From the NCBI GenBank assembly GCA_030770535.1, contig JASVEC010000012.1, positions 1,302,001-1,357,305 of the forward strand: 55,305 bases of DNA, written 5' to 3'. Position 1 is the first letter of the stretch, and each line of letters opens with the position of its first letter. The stretch comes from Batkoa obscura. Lineage: Eukaryota. Positions 1 to 14,315 of the stretch are shown one piece after another. Both the position numbers and the translations under genes were made by a program. The notes under the pieces were generated by a model. It saw only the letters and a list, made by a program, of their open reading frames with translations. It made no database searches and had not been told where the DNA came from.

Positions 1-92
1 AATTTTATCTAATCCAGGTGTCAATGGTTCAATTATAATGTCTTTAATATCACTATTATCATTAATTAATTTTAAATCTATACTCTTTTTAC

Positions 93-133
<41 letters not shown>

Positions 134-671
134 TTTTCTATAGTATTTATTGGATTTTTATAATTAATATTTAAATTTTCTGGATAAGCTTTATTAAGTT
201 GATTATTAACCCATAATAAAGTAAATGTAGTTTGATAAATACCACCAATACTTTTAATTGGTTGTTGACTTGAACAGGTAATTTTTGTTTCCCAATTAAT
301 ACCAGGTTCTACTTTATGTCCCGTATTTCTAATTAAAGATTGTTGTGTTTCTTGTTTATACTTTACGCTATTGTCTTTGGTTTTAGTTTGTTGACTTTCT
401 TCTTCTTTAGATTGAATTAATTTATAGTCATCTTCTTTTAATTCATTTTCATCAATTATTTCAATTGATATTGGTTGCCAACCTCCATTATCATCTATCT
501 TTTTTATAATTCCTTTTAAATTACTACGTTCTCTTAACCTGCCTTTTTCAATTTCAACTTCGTTCTTTTGTTTATAATAATTCTCTTTAGATTGATAATC
601 AATTACCTCTGACTTTACTCTATTATGTGTATAAAATGAATGTTTTGTATCCCTTTCAAGTCCTCGTTGTA

Positions 672-707
<36 letters not shown>

Positions 708-3097
708 CTTTAGTTAAAAATTTCATTTGAGTTTCATTATATTGTCGATTATCATTAACATTGTTCGATTGATAATATAATTCATTATGTTGATGATTTA
801 TATTTGTTGAATTAGTATATTGTTGATTATTATTATTATTATTTATTTGGGAATGCTGAGTATAATTTATATTATATTCATTATTATTAATATAATTAAA
901 ATTATTAATATGCTTCCTCTGATATGATTTATTATCAGATGATATATAATTTGTTTGATTTATTGTTTGTTTGTTTTCATGATGAGTTGTATAATGTGAA
1001 TGATGTTTATTTTCATGAGAATTTATTATTAAATTATTATGATTATGATTATGATTATGATTATGATTATGATTATGATTATGATTATGATTATGATTAT
1101 GATTATGATTATTAATATTATGATTATAATTATTATGACTCTGATGATTCGAATGGTAATGATTATTATGTGATTGATGTATTATATCATGTTGTTTTTG
1201 ATGATGATGATGATTTTGATATGAATGATGTACTGTATTATGATTATTATATGATTGATATATTATATCATTATGAGTATTTTTTTCAACTTTTTGTTTA
1301 ATCATAGCATTTGATTGATGAATTTTATAGGCCCCAAACAATGGAAACGGTAAATTTTGATCATCAGCTATTTTATGAGCTGGTGATAATATATCCATTT
1401 GTTTTAACTCTTTTAATGCATTTTTGGGTAATAATGGATGTTCCATTTTATTATCATTATTATTATTATTTGTAATAAATGGTAAATTATTATCATGGAT
1501 ATGAGTATCCTGATGGTGATGATGGGAATGTTTATTTGTAATGTTATTTATATTATGAATTGTGGATGAGGAGTGATAATTATTATTATGTATAGATCCA
1601 TGCGTTTGAGTTTGATTATTCTTATTATATTTATGTTGAAATGCAAAATCAAGTGAATGTGTTGTTGAACTTTCATGAGAGTGTTGTTGAGAATGACTTT
1701 CATTATAGGAATACTGCGTTGAATGACTTATGTGATGGGAATGTTGTTGTGAATGATTTTCATGATGAGAATATTGTTGTGAAGTACTTTCATTATAATA
1801 ATGAGGATGATTATCTTGTATTGTATTAGAAGTATGTTGAAATTGATTAATTAACTGGTCATTTGTTTTTGTTATTGGAATTTCTTCTTTATCATGTTTT
1901 AAATGTGACTTAAATGATAATTTGTTAAATAAGAATTAAACTTAAAAAGTAAATAAAATTACCTGAATTGTCAATTCTTGTTTGGATATATTCTATTATA
2001 ATTTAATATAAATAAATGGAAAATATTATTAAAATAGAATATTAATTACCAAATTTTCACTACTTTTTTGATAAAATTCCCACCATTGATTATGAAACTG
2101 TTGAATTGCTTTTTCTTTTTTAAACTTCTCATTTTCTTCATTCACTTCCTCTTTATTAATCATGGTGTCCTTACTATCTGTCTGTTGTTGTAAATTGAAA
2201 TATTCTGCTTCATTTTCTTTCATTGATAAATCGTACTCTTTTTTTACTTTACTTGAATTTGAATTATTCTCCTTTAAACATTCTTTATCCCAAGGCTTTT
2301 CTTTACCAGTAAAATGCATAACTGCAATATCATTTTGATTTTTTTTTAATGCTGGGGCATAACTAATATTATAACAATTATTATCAACAATCATTGTTAA
2401 TATTTAATAATATATTAAATTACCTATAAAACTCGGTACAAGTTACATTATAAATGAAAGGTAATCTATGTTCATTAGATTTATGCCAATTTTCAAAATA
2501 TTCGTTTAATAAACCTTGATCACCACCTAAAAAAATTTCATTAATTCTTATCTAATAAAACTTAAATTACAATAAAAAATTGTTACCATCAAATGACCCG
2601 GTTTGTATCAACTTTTTACATAATTGATTATACGTTTCCTTATCCGGCTTACATAAAAATACGCCTGAATTAAAGCAATCTGGCCATCCCATATCTGGAC
2701 AAGCAGCAAATTTACTATCTTTATAATCATCAAAAAGGTGATCTAAACTCTTCAACACCAATGTATCTGCATCTAAAAAAAGTATTTGTTCCAACCAATC
2801 CATGGACCATAAATGAATTTTAGTAACTGTTAATCCTAACTCAGGTCTTCCTAATAAGCATAGATTTTCTTTATCTTCAGTGTCTAAATAAGGGACTTCA
2901 ATTACATGATCATATACTTTGTGTAATTGGACTAGAGTTGAGGAAGTTAGATTGGAAGTGACCATACAAATTAATAATTTATTGGTATTATGATTACGTA
3001 TTGAATAAGCTAATACAATTGCCCCTTTCAAATAATTATCACTGGCTACTAAAGTGATATAAGCTTTTGGTTTACTTAACGGTGAAGAGGTGGACAT
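1..3097 (-). CDS. Glycogenin-like glycosyltransferase (GT8) with long His/Asn-rich C-terminal extension; 3'-truncated by window edge
   Basis: Exons 3097-2587, 2526-2424, 2362-2050, 1992-1963, 1908-<1, joined at GT-AG sites. Motifs AYITL..DNYLKGAIVL, RPELGLTVTKIHLW, FLDADTLVL, PDMGWPDCFNSGVF, SFDGGDQGLLNEYF, RLPFIYN, HFTGKEKPW. The last exon read open wherever translated (start, middle, end) and is in frame to base 1 (636 codons). Confidence 0.9.
1041..1112. repeat. (GATTAT)12 microsatellite encoding (Asn-His)12 on the minus strand
   Basis: Perfect hexamer array inside the last glycogenin exon; nearby (TTA)n tracts encode poly-Asn. Confidence 0.9.
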
Positions 3098-3840
3098 TAT
3101 TATTTATTGATTTAAAATAAAAATAGAAGTTATTTAAAAAAGGTTAAATGTTCAATATTCTAAAAATTTCACTTTTGTGTAATCTGTTTCGGTACTTGTG
3201 GTATAATAGATCCAATCAAGTAATAGTATGACTATTTATATGGGAAAATGGTGTTATTTATTTTTAATGAACTATAATTATTGTTTGAGATTATGAGATT
3301 TTCGATGTGTTAAAATTAACCTATTAAATTACTTTAAGATAAGAGTTATTATTATCATTTGTAAATAAAGATAAGCATTAGTCATTTTTTAATATATTTA
3401 TTTTATTCAGGGATAATGATGAGTTAATTCGCATAATTTTTGGTTTTTTAGTCCTTCATTGAAAATTTTTGTTCTTGTTTTTGAACGTTTATGAAGTTTA
3501 TCTTTTATAATTGATAAAGAAAAAATACATTTAATTATTATTAAATAGTTTTTAATTTTATAAATATTATTAGTTTAATAATAATATAAAAATTATAATA
3601 ATATTTATCGTATTATAAATAAATTTAATAATATTACTATAATTCTAATTTTCCAGTTTAATTGAAGTTGAGATTTACAAACTATTTATAAGATTAAATT
3701 CAAAATTAGCTATATCCTCTTCCAAGATATGATTTTTTTTTAGAATCTTATCTTAAGACAAAAAATGAATAACAAAAATAAATAAGCTTAATTTAATAAA
3801 GAAAGAGAGTACAAAAGTTAATATATATAATACCCTCCCA

Positions 3841-4954
3841 TCAATCCCCATTTAACTGTTCTTTAGCACTAGTAAGTGGTACATATCTAACTGCCATAAT
3901 TTCATTTTGAGTAATATTTCCATTTTCGTCTTTTATAATTTCGAAGATACTTTGATAATTTTGGCCTACTGGGATAAACATTCTAATAGAAATAAATTTA
4001 ATTATTATTTGTATTTCATTAATGTAAATGAAATAGATTTAATATTTACTTTCCAGGAGCTTTTAATTGTCCAATTAAACTTTGAGGTAAATCTTTACTT
4101 GCTGCACCAACATGACTTTTTATAAAAAAAGTTAATAAAAAAAAGTTTTAATTTTTTTAAAATAAAGAATAAGATTTTAAACTTACATGCAATCATAGGG
4201 ACCTTTATCAGGTAAACCAATCCTACCATCCCCTTGTACAATTTCGATATTATGTTCTTTGTTCCAGTTATTCAAATTTTGTCGACTCATTTCAACTAAC
4301 TCTGGAATATGTTCAATACCTATTACTTTTCCTTCAGAACCTACCTAATTATATTATGTTAATTTAAATAATAAAACGATCACTATAACTTTTATTTTAC
4401 CATGTCTCTCATACATGCTGTTAAATAACCAGAGCCAGAGCCAATGTCTAATACTATTAATAAAAAATAAATTAATTTTTCAATTGATTATCCTGATTAA
4501 TAATATTTACCTCTACTACCGATATTTAAATAATTTTTTAAAGATTCTAAAGCATAAGCATGCATATGACTAGTTTTTAAAAATAAATAAAAACAATTAT
4601 TGAGCAATTTAATTTGTAAATTTAAAAATAATTAGAATTAATACTTACGGAGCTGAAATAGTAGCATTAAAACCAATAACTTGAGGACTATCTTCATATG
4701 GATTTTTTCTACAAAAATACATTCGATCCACTCGTTTCATACTTTCTATTACTTTAGACGACTTTAAAATGTTACATTCTATAAATTCAATTCAACCATT
4801 AATAATCTCTTTTTTTAATTTTATTGCTTTTTTTAATACTTACTACTTAAATTCTCTATTAATTCTTGATTACTACTTCCTATTAAAATTATTTTCATAT
4901 ACTTTCATTCATTATAAATATAACTTCCCAATTACCTCCGCATCGCCAAGCCAT
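3841..4954 (-). CDS. Protein-L-isoaspartate O-methyltransferase (PCMT/PIMT), multi-exon
   Basis: Not in the ORF track. Spliced peptides [83 protein letters not shown]; stop TGA at 3841-3843. Confidence 0.92.
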
Positions 4955-5402
4955 TTTATATTTATTTATTTTATATTTATTTTAATTTAATGAGTGACTT
5001 GTTTTTTTTATAATGACTTTAAGAATGATTATGTAACCAATAAAAAAGATTTATCAATAAATTAACTTAGAATAAAGCTCATAGTATACAAAAATGTATA
5101 ATGAGAAATTATTTGTAATAAAGTAACATATTGTCGTTCATATTAATATTCAAAAATGACTATAATTATTTTTAAACTTTAATTTATTTTATAATTAAAC
5201 TTAATAAAATATTAAATAATAAAAACTAATAAATAGTTTAAATTAATAAATTTTATGAAAAAACTGTATATTTCAATTAAACAATAAAATTAAAAATAAA
5301 TCAAATAAATCAAATAAATAAATTTCAAGCAATTATTATATATTTTTGTTAAAAAAATTGATAAAAGATAATTATCTTCAACAAATATTATCTTTATCTC
5401 AA

Positions 5403-6078
5403 TTATTGTTTAATTTTTCCAGGCCATAATTTCATTTGTTGAAATTCCACCAATACTTCCATTAATAAATCAGCATTGATTTTAGGTATTGATACTTCAA
5501 ATTTAGTTAATTTCTTAATTTTAGTATTATCTAACCAAACTGGAGCTAAATTAACAGCTTCTTGATCAAGGTATGGAATTAATGGAGAATTTGGTATATT
5601 GTGATGTTTTAATAATTCAGCCCACGGTTCAATATGCTTATCATTAGCATCTTCTAAAAATTGATCTAAATTGGACTATAAAATAATAAATTATTAGTAT
5701 ATTAATATTAATTAATTAATTAATATTTAAAATATTACCTTAAAGAAATTAATAATTACAGAATTAAGTGATTCAAATCTAATACCAAAAATTTCCATAA
5801 TTATACTTTGTATTTTAGCTGAATCTATTATAGTAAAAATAAAAATAAATAAGAATGTAATTATAAAATCATTACCAGTATCTCCTTCATCCACAACATT
5901 AAATATTTCTACTCCTTTTTTATCTTCATCAATATACCATTTTATAGTATGATGAATAGCTCTAGCTAAATCCAATACATGAATTACATTTAATTTAAAA
6001 TCTTTTTTCCAAAAAGAGGGCATAGGTTCTTTTAGATGTTGATACACTTTACCTAAGACTAATAATGGCACTAATAAA

Positions 6079-6111
<33 letters not shown>

Positions 6112-6907
6112 AATTATTATTAAATGCTAAACTTACTTATATAAAGTGTATCACCAGGTCCATATTGTAAACCAGGTCTTAATATTATACAATTTAAACT
6201 AAAATTAATAAATTATTAATAATTTTCATCAATGATAATTAAATTTACGCTTACTTTTTCATATTTATTATCTCTTTTTCTGCTTTAATAATATATTGAG
6301 CATATAAAGATAACCCTTTTAATTCATCTTCTTCTTTATTTGGAGTCTTTAAACTAAGTTAAAAATAAAATTTATATAAATTAAAATTACCTTTTTCGTA
6401 TTATATACTTGGGAACTAGATATCATTAATAATACTTTGACTTTATTTTCAATTGCTTCATTTGCTATATCCAAAGATAGATTATAGATTCTTTCCTGAT
6501 AAATCTGATTTAATATTAAAGTTATTATTTTAATAAAAATTAAAATTAAAATAATTACTTCTTTAGGTTGAGAACGTTTCACATCTAAGGTGGCATTAAT
6601 TACAATATCCCAAGTACTCCCATCTTCCAATTGAAAAGCTCTTTTAATAGCGTCTAGTAAATTCCATTTATATCAACTTGAAAAAAGAATCATTATTATA
6701 ATAAAATGTCTTACCTTTATTATTTAAATTGGATTGAATATATTCTACTTGATTAAAAGCTTTTAAACAGTTTGGTGAAAAATAACCCGTTTCTAATAAT
6801 ACTCGATCTATTACCCGTATCCTTTTAGCAAGCCCATTTTCAACTAAATAATGAACTAGATTTCGACCAGCTAAAGATGCCCCACCTAATATTAAATACG
6901 AATACAT
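5403..6907 (-). CDS. NAD-dependent epimerase/dehydratase (extended SDR) family protein, multi-exon
   Basis: Rossmann start YLILGGASLAGRNLVHYL, ILRPGLQYGPGD, NVIHVLDLARAI, FNVVDEGD, SPLIPYLDQE, C-terminal LWP. Confidence 0.8.
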
Positions 6908-7986
6908 ACTTTATTCTTCTATTACTAAATTGTATTGATTTTTGGAAAGTGTTTTTTTGTTTATTAGTTCACCCCTTTTTTATAGAAAAAAACAAAAAAG
7001 TTAAATGTTATCGTTTTAATTCAAATGTTTTATATAATTTTGATTTTGTAAGCCACCCTAAAAAAACTTTTATGAATTACTATATTTGTTAAGAACCAAT
7101 AATCAATATAAATTTACAATTGCATTATTTTTTTATTGGAAATTAATATTTAATTCTCCATTTAATTAAATTTTTAACTTATTATAATTAACATATAGCT
7201 ACTCCTTAATATAATAATAAAAATTGCTAATTTAACTGAAACTTTTTATTTTTAATAGACTATAAACTATTCAATCTACTTGAAATTTTTAATATTATTT
7301 TTATTTTATCGTCACTACTTTGGAATTCTTTTTTATTTTACCTTAATTAAACTAAAGAATAAGAATTGACGTAATGTTCTAAAAGATAGAACAATTAATT
7401 TATTTTAAATATAAACGTTATCGATACAATGAATTTGTTTAAATATAAGCTATTAGAATATATTTATCTAAACTAGCACTATTATTATAACGAATTGATA
7501 TTACCATAGAAAAAATATGTAGTATTTTAAAATTCATTAGTTATTATAAATGTAACTAAAACAATATTAAAATGTTTTAGTTACTTTTTTGAAATTCTTG
7601 AATAGCACAAAGCGCAAGTTTTATATAAATAAATAAAATTGTATAATATTTAAAGGATAAGAGATAATAAGTTGATAAATTTATATTAATATTATTAAAA
7701 TCAAGTATATCTTCTATTTAAAATTTACTTGTAACACAAGAAATTAACTAAAAAAGCTTTTAATCATAATTTACAACTTGCAATTTTTTTCTTTTTAAAA
7801 TATAATTATTTTGTTATTAATTACTTATTTATAAATAATTATATTCTTCATTTTTATAATTTTTTTTGCATAAGTTATAAACTTATGCTTTATTTTACTT
7901 TTTAATTATTGTCATTTCCGTACCTTTATTTCATGATTTATTAAAATAAATTTTGTATATATTATTAAAAAATTTACATAATATAT

Positions 7987-8085
7987 GGGGATGTATTTTT
8001 TTATTTAAGAATTTTACTAACAATCTTTCTGCTCAAATAGCGTTTAAAAAATGGAAAAAGTAATCAAACAAAAAAAAACATCTTC
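7987..8085 (+). mobile_element. 99 bp MITE, family A
   Basis: GGGGATGTATTTTTT...AAAAAAACATCTTC termini flanked by ATAT on both sides; colinear with the other copies in the window. Confidence 0.8.
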
Positions 8086-8259
8086 ATATATATATTTACA
8101 TTATACTTGTTATAAAAACCTATTATTTTATTGTTATTTTTATATTATAAAAAGTCAGGGTTAATCTTTCAAAAGTAAAATAATTAATCGAGTTAAAAAT
8201 TTTTACCTATAAATAACTATTAACTTAATAAACATTAAAATAATCATTTATTGTAAAAA

Positions 8260-10624
8260 TTAACTATAAACTGGTGGTAATGAAACATCAATATGGTTCG
8301 TTGACATGTATGATTTTAATTGATCTGGTACTTCTTCTAAAACTGCTTTTGGTAATAAATAATGAGTAGCTCCATGCATAAAGTCACGCATTGGAACAAA
8401 TTGTACAATATCTCTTGAAGCTACCTTGTTAAAATACTAAAAATAAAGTCAAATTTGTTTTTAGAATCTCAAAATTAACTTACTGATAATCTTTTATCAT
8501 CTCCATCTAATCGTTCCATCTTTTAAAATATTAATTTAAATTGTATAAAATTTATATATCACTCACATTACTAAAATCAGCATTTCCAATACCAACAATG
8601 ATAATTGATAATGGAAGTGTAGAAGCATCCACTATTGACCTAACAGTGAGCTCCATATCTGATAATTAAATTAGAGATTAATTAATAGTCGATTACTTAG
8701 TTTTGTGATCTTACCACTTATTACTCCATCTAAATTAATAAAATAGCATTAGTTAATTACAAACAATAGATTATTATAAATTAGTTACCTGTCAATATAA
8801 CTAATATTTCGTAATTGGATCTCATATTAGTGCCATTTACTTTTTGTACTACTTCGTTTATTACCTTTTCATTTTTTTAGTTTTGCTTTATGTAAAAATA
8901 TATTACTTACTGGGCTAAAATTAGTTGGACCATACAATTCGATTGTATTTATTGCATTGACATAAGCCTTTAACATTCCATTCACTCCTTGTACCTCTGG
9001 CTATAATTTATTTTTAAATATATATATTGTATTATTTCAAGCATTATTTCAAGTATTTTACCTGATTATAATTCATATTTAAAGGAAAGCAATGTGATAC
9101 ACTGCCATTAACTCTAGCACCGAAACCATAGACCTAAGTATACTAGATAAATACAATTAAAAATCATATTAAAATATACACTTACAGGAAATAATTGGTC
9201 ATGATCATAGGGTGCAATGATATCTCCTATTGATTTGATTGCAGTTTGATATTGATTAAATCTTCCAGACCTATCAATATAATGAAGCGAATTAGGATTT
9301 GAAGGTATTCCATTTGATTGCGTAAAATCAATTGCCATAGTAACTGATATTTGTACACCTGATCGTATATAATCTAAAAAGGAATAAGGTCCAGGGACTA
9401 TATGAAGCTGGTCAATCATTAGTTTAGGAGTTTCTTTATCTACATCCTTCAAATTCAAAATGACACTGTCTTGTCTTTTTTCAAAATTAGAACGTAATAA
9501 ATTTACTGAGCTCTAAATAATAAATATAAACTTCAATTCATCAAAAATAAACAAACTTACTGCTGCCGTTCCTAATATTTTTTGTGCTATTTAAATTTAA
9601 GGTGTTAATAAAGTTATTAAAAGTAAATATTAATATCTTACATCCATCTGAACTAATTTTTATCAAATCAAATTTTAGTTCTCTATTTAAATCGCCATTA
9701 CATAATTTAGATAATGGTACTAAAAATTAATTTTATAGTATTGTGTTATTGTATATTATAATAGAATATACTTTCAATAGGAGCCCAACATGGATTCGAT
9801 ATTTTATCTTTAATCTCAGTTTTATGTACAATTACCCAATTTAAGTCTTCTCTACTTTTTGAAATCGTTACAAAAGTTCTTGGGTAAGAAGAGCCAAAAA
9901 AAGATTTCTATAATTTATAGTTGATATAAACTGTTATATATAATTAAAGCTATAGCTACCTTTTTTGGTATATTAGAAGCAGATACTATCAACCTAAATA
10001 AAATTGAGCATTTATACTTTTACTATATCAACTAATAATACTTTAAATTGGATTTTGATTCCGCCAATTCTTCAAAAAAGACTGTAATTGTGCCTTTTTT
10101 TGAATGACGGCGTTCGTTATGTAAAGCTCCAGTTAATCTTTGACCTTGACTTGAGGCTAATTGAATAACCTTAGATGATTTTAAATTTCAATTTTCTAAT
10201 AAATACCAATTTGACCTAAAGTACAATCAAATCTACCGATATACTCTTGTTCTTTCCAATCTTTTTTATCAAATTTATCTACATCAACAACGATAAATCT
10301 AAGTATATTAGTTTTTTTTTCGAACATTAAGTTAAAGTCTTACCTTAATTTTTGTGGTATTTCAAAAATGTAATCCAATATAAAACTTTTTGAAAATTCT
10401 GGGTTTAAGTTATCTTTAATTACTTCTGTATAAGCCTTAGTTCTATTATCATCAAATTGTTGTGTAATTGGATCTGCCACTAACAAAAATACTTGAGGAT
10501 CACTTTTTGAAAGATAATCTAAATCAGGTAAATCACTTTAATTGTCTTTAACTATTTATCATTTCATTATAATGTTATTTTACTGGCATTTGATTTTCAA
10601 TTCAACTTGGGTATGTGCTGTCAT
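8260..10624 (-). CDS. Copine (two C2 domains + vWA domain), many short exons
   Basis: DLPDLDYLSKSDPQV, TEVIKDNLNPEF, YIFEIPQKL, SFLDYIRSGVQISVTMAIDFTQSNG..SLHY, YDHDQLFP, YGPTNFSP, ILTDGVISD, PLSIIIVGIGNADF, RDIVQFVP, LEEVPDQL. Confidence 0.92.
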
Positions 10625-11203
10625 TAAAGGAGTGTAAAATTAATAATATTCTTTTTTTGAATTTTTCGTGTATTCCTTTATACTAATTTTAATTAGTGTG
10701 ATTCACATATAAGAACATGATGATCAGAGAATGGTGGGATAATTTAATTTAGAATTTTGCGTTTTTTCTAATTAGAACATATATTTAAATTAAAGTGATT
10801 ATATAATAAGCCAACATTAACTTGACTCTATTTTATTTTCATACAAAACATTTATTAACTAATTTGGTTCTTTTAAAATTGTAAAAAATAACTTTGTAAA
10901 GATATTTATTAAATACAGTTTTAATCAATATAAGGGTAGCAATTAAAATTTATTTCTAAACATGATAAATTATGAAATTATGATCAGCGAAAATAATTAA
11001 TAAAGTCAATAGAATAAAAGGGAGATAAAATATTTAAATATCATAAAAGAACCCCACCCCTCTTCATCTTATTATTCTACTTAACTTATAATATGTTGTA
11101 AATTCGGACATTAAAGGTATAAACAAATATTTTCATAATTAATGGATCATGCTATTCAATTATTTCTTTTTAAAATCTAAAATTAAATTATTGTTATTTG
11201 AGG

Positions 11204-12698
11204 TTATAATCTTATTGGGCACGATTTAGACCTGGTAAGTTGAGTTGAGTTAGTGATGCCTTTATCAAAGCCTTTAAAAATGCTCCTTTGATCAATAGTT
11301 GTCTCCGTGTTATTATCTATTTTACAAGTTTCTAATGATCTCACTTCCTTTTCCAAGTTCAATGATAGTTTTTGAAACTCATCAATAGCCTCGTTCTGCA
11401 ATTGGATAGTTTTGCTCTGATCCTTTATTTTCTTATCATATTGTAGTAAGCTTAATCGAGCTTGTCTGAGCTCTTCTTGAATTACTTTGAAATTATTTAA
11501 TACCTGACTTGACTCATCTAGTAGTTGTACTTCTCTTTTTGAACTCATTTCTTTCAATCGTTGATATTTTTCATCTCTTTGTAAAATTTCTTGTTGAAAC
11601 TTACTTATTTCACGTTGAAATGAGTTTTTCATTGCTTCAGTATGATTTATATACATCTCTTTTATTTCATTGATCTCGTTTCTAAGCATTTTGAGCTCAT
11701 CATTATCCTTTGCTACACTTTCAATTTCTTCCTAGAAAAATTATTTAATACAAATAAATTAGTTATATTATTATTACATGTAATCCTTTGACAATATTTG
11801 TTAATTTTAAAGGGGAGTTTACATAAAGCTTGGCTTTGTCTTCACTTTTTACATTAGGTTTCGTCACAGATGCTCCTGAATTAGCACTTAACTCAGTTTC
11901 ATTTTCGTCTTTAGTTTTAACTTCAGTAAACTTCTCATTACTTTTTGTTGAAACTTTTTTTGGTGACTCAATTTTTTTTGTTTCATAATCAGGCATATTT
12001 TTTGGAATGTAATTTTCTTCTGATTTTTCTTCTGATTTTTCATTGATCAAGGTAGGAATTAGTTTAACTTTGGAGGAAATCCTTTGATAAAGTACTAAAT
12101 ATGAGATAAATAAGTATTTTTGATTAAATGATTGTTTTACTTGAGCCATTTTCATTATAAATATCAATTCCAAATTCGATTATATCGCCATCGAATAATA
12201 ACTTTGGTAATGATTCCTGCCCATCTCCAGATAATCTATGGCCATTTAAATAAGTCCCATTACTAGATTTTACATCTTTAATATAAACCTGATAATATAA
12301 AAATTTAGAAAATGGGTATTTAAATATTCAGATTCATACTTTATCGCCATCAGCCCAAAATTCTGCATGCGATCTTGATAAAACTTTAGAATCAAAATAT
12401 CCGTTAGTTGGTTCTGGTGCAGTTTTTGGTGATACTTGTCTTCCAACTTTGACTTTTTCATAAAGCTCAAATCTTTTTTCGCTTTTAAATGTATTATGCA
12501 TTGGGACTAGTACCAAGGTAGGTGGTGGCTTAGAACTAGGATTAAATTGACTACCCTTTGATCTAATTACACTTGCTTTGAATGCTTTCGTCCTCTCTAA
12601 TAATTTGTCATTAATTATTAACTTGATTAAAATTATCAATTAGGCTTTTAAATGTAAACTATCAGCTATTTACCTTTTTTATTTTCATCTATTTCCAT
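11204..12698 (-). CDS. FHA-domain coiled-coil protein (SLMAP/Vps64/Far9-like); 3' end uncertain
   Basis: FHA motifs KVGRQ, NGYFDSKVLSRSHAEFW, YIKDVKSSNGTYLNG, GDIIEFGIDI, followed by a long coiled coil; short first exon MEIDENKK with GT donor. Confidence 0.8.
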
Positions 12699-13109
12699 TA
12701 AAGCAATATAATATTTTTAGTTTTTATAAAAAAGGTTCAAGGTTAACTCTTTTGCGTTAATACTTCATATATTATGCATAAACAACAATTTGCAAAGATG
12801 ACGAATGAGATCAACTTTTAACTATAAAGATAAATTATTATCAAGTACCAAGATTTTTGAAATAATAAAAGGTAGTATTGATAATATTATAACTATAATA
12901 ATAGCTTTAGTTTTAATAAAATTAAACTTTGAGCAAAGTATAATACCATTATAATCAATTAAAAATAATTATAATGTATTCAAAATCAAAAAATTAAAGA
13001 ATGTTTAAATTTTATAAGCTTCCTTTAATTATAAATTTAAAAGCATTAATATAATAAACCTCTACTTCGATTTAAATTAAAAAGAAATCAATTTAAAAAC
13101 ATAAATATC

Positions 13110-14315
13110 TTAATGCTCAGGGTGCTTCAATATAACAGCTATACCTTGTCCACCACCTATACAAGCTGAACCTAAAGCGTATTTTAAGTTCTTTTGTTGG
13201 ATTTGATGAGCTAAGTGGCCTAAAATACGAGCACCAGAAGCAGCTAATGGATGTCCAAGAGCAATAGCACCACCATTTGGATTTGTGATATACATGTTAA
13301 GTCCGAGCTCTTTTTGTACAGCTAAAAATTGCGCAGCAAAAGCTTCATTAACTTCAATGTGCTCCATTTGCTCTAATTTCAAATTTGCTAACTTAAGAGC
13401 ACTACGAATAGCTGGAACTGGACCGATTCCCATAATTGATGGCTCAACGCCTACTGCTTTATAGCTGACTATTTCTGCTAAAGGTTTTAAATTATATTTC
13501 TTAACTGCCTCTTCTCCAGCAACGATGATTGAAGCAGCGCCATCAGCAATGCCAGAGGCAGTACCAGGGGTTACTAAACCATGTTCCTTAATAAAAGTGG
13601 ATGGCAACTTCTTTAAACCTTCAATTGTAGTTTGAGGTCTAGGGTGTTCATCTGCTTTCATAGTTTCTACACTCTTTTTTACTTTTACTTCTACTGGTGA
13701 AATTTCATGCTCAAATACCCCTGATTCATGTGCACTAGCATAACGTTGTTGTGATAATAATCCAAACTCATCACAATCATTACGAGTTATTCCATATTGC
13801 TTACCGAGATTTTCTGCAGTAATCCCCATAGGAACAATGTTTGGATAACGATCTGTTAATGAGGCCATTAAGCTATCTTCTAATTTCAAATCAACTCCAA
13901 GTCTTGCACCTTCTCGACCACCTCTTAAAATGTGAGGGGCTTGAGACATTGACTCTGAACCACCTGCTAATACAATTTCGCTTTCCCCTAATCTGATTTC
14001 ATGGATAGCGTTTATAACTGATTGAAAACCTGATCCACATAATCTATTAATAGTTAAAGCTGGGACTTCAATAGGTAAACCACAACGGTGACCAACATGA
14101 CGTGCAAGGTAGGCAGCATCACTAGAGGTTTGACAAACATTACCATAGATAACTGAATCAATTGGTGTACCTTCTGGTATATTCTTAAGAGCAGCCTTTG
14201 ATGCTAAGCCACCCAACTCATTAGCAGTAAATCCTTTAAGCTTACCATTAAACGCACCAAATGGTGTTCTTTTAGCAGCAACAATATAAACTTTTGATAC
14301 AGATCTTGAACTCAT
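13110..14315 (-). CDS. 3-ketoacyl-CoA thiolase (mitochondrial ACAA2-like), intronless
   Basis: NRLCGSG catalytic Cys, NEAFA, GGAIALGHP, CIGGGQG. Confidence 0.95.
   Translation of the reverse strand: MSSRSVSKVYIVAAKRTPFGAFNGKLKGFTANELGGLASKAALKNIPEGTPIDSVIYGNVCQTSSDAAYLARHVGHRCGLPIEVPALTINRLCGSGFQSVINAIHEIRLGESEIVLAGGSESMSQAPHILRGGREGARLGVDLKLEDSLMASLTDRYPNIVPMGITAENLGKQYGITRNDCDEFGLLSQQRYASAHESGVFEHEISPVEVKVKKSVETMKADEHPRPQTTIEGLKKLPSTFIKEHGLVTPGTASGIADGAASIIVAGEEAVKKYNLKPLAEIVSYKAVGVEPSIMGIGPVPAIRSALKLANLKLEQMEHIEVNEAFAAQFLAVQKELGLNMYITNPNGGAIALGHPLAASGARILGHLAHQIQQKNLKYALGSACIGGGQGIAVILKHPEH

Noticed and set aside
924..1829. Plus-strand ORFs with YD repeats (924-1115) and VVxNDFH repeats (1641-1829)
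   Set aside because: Antisense shadows of the His/Asn repeats in the glycogenin exon.
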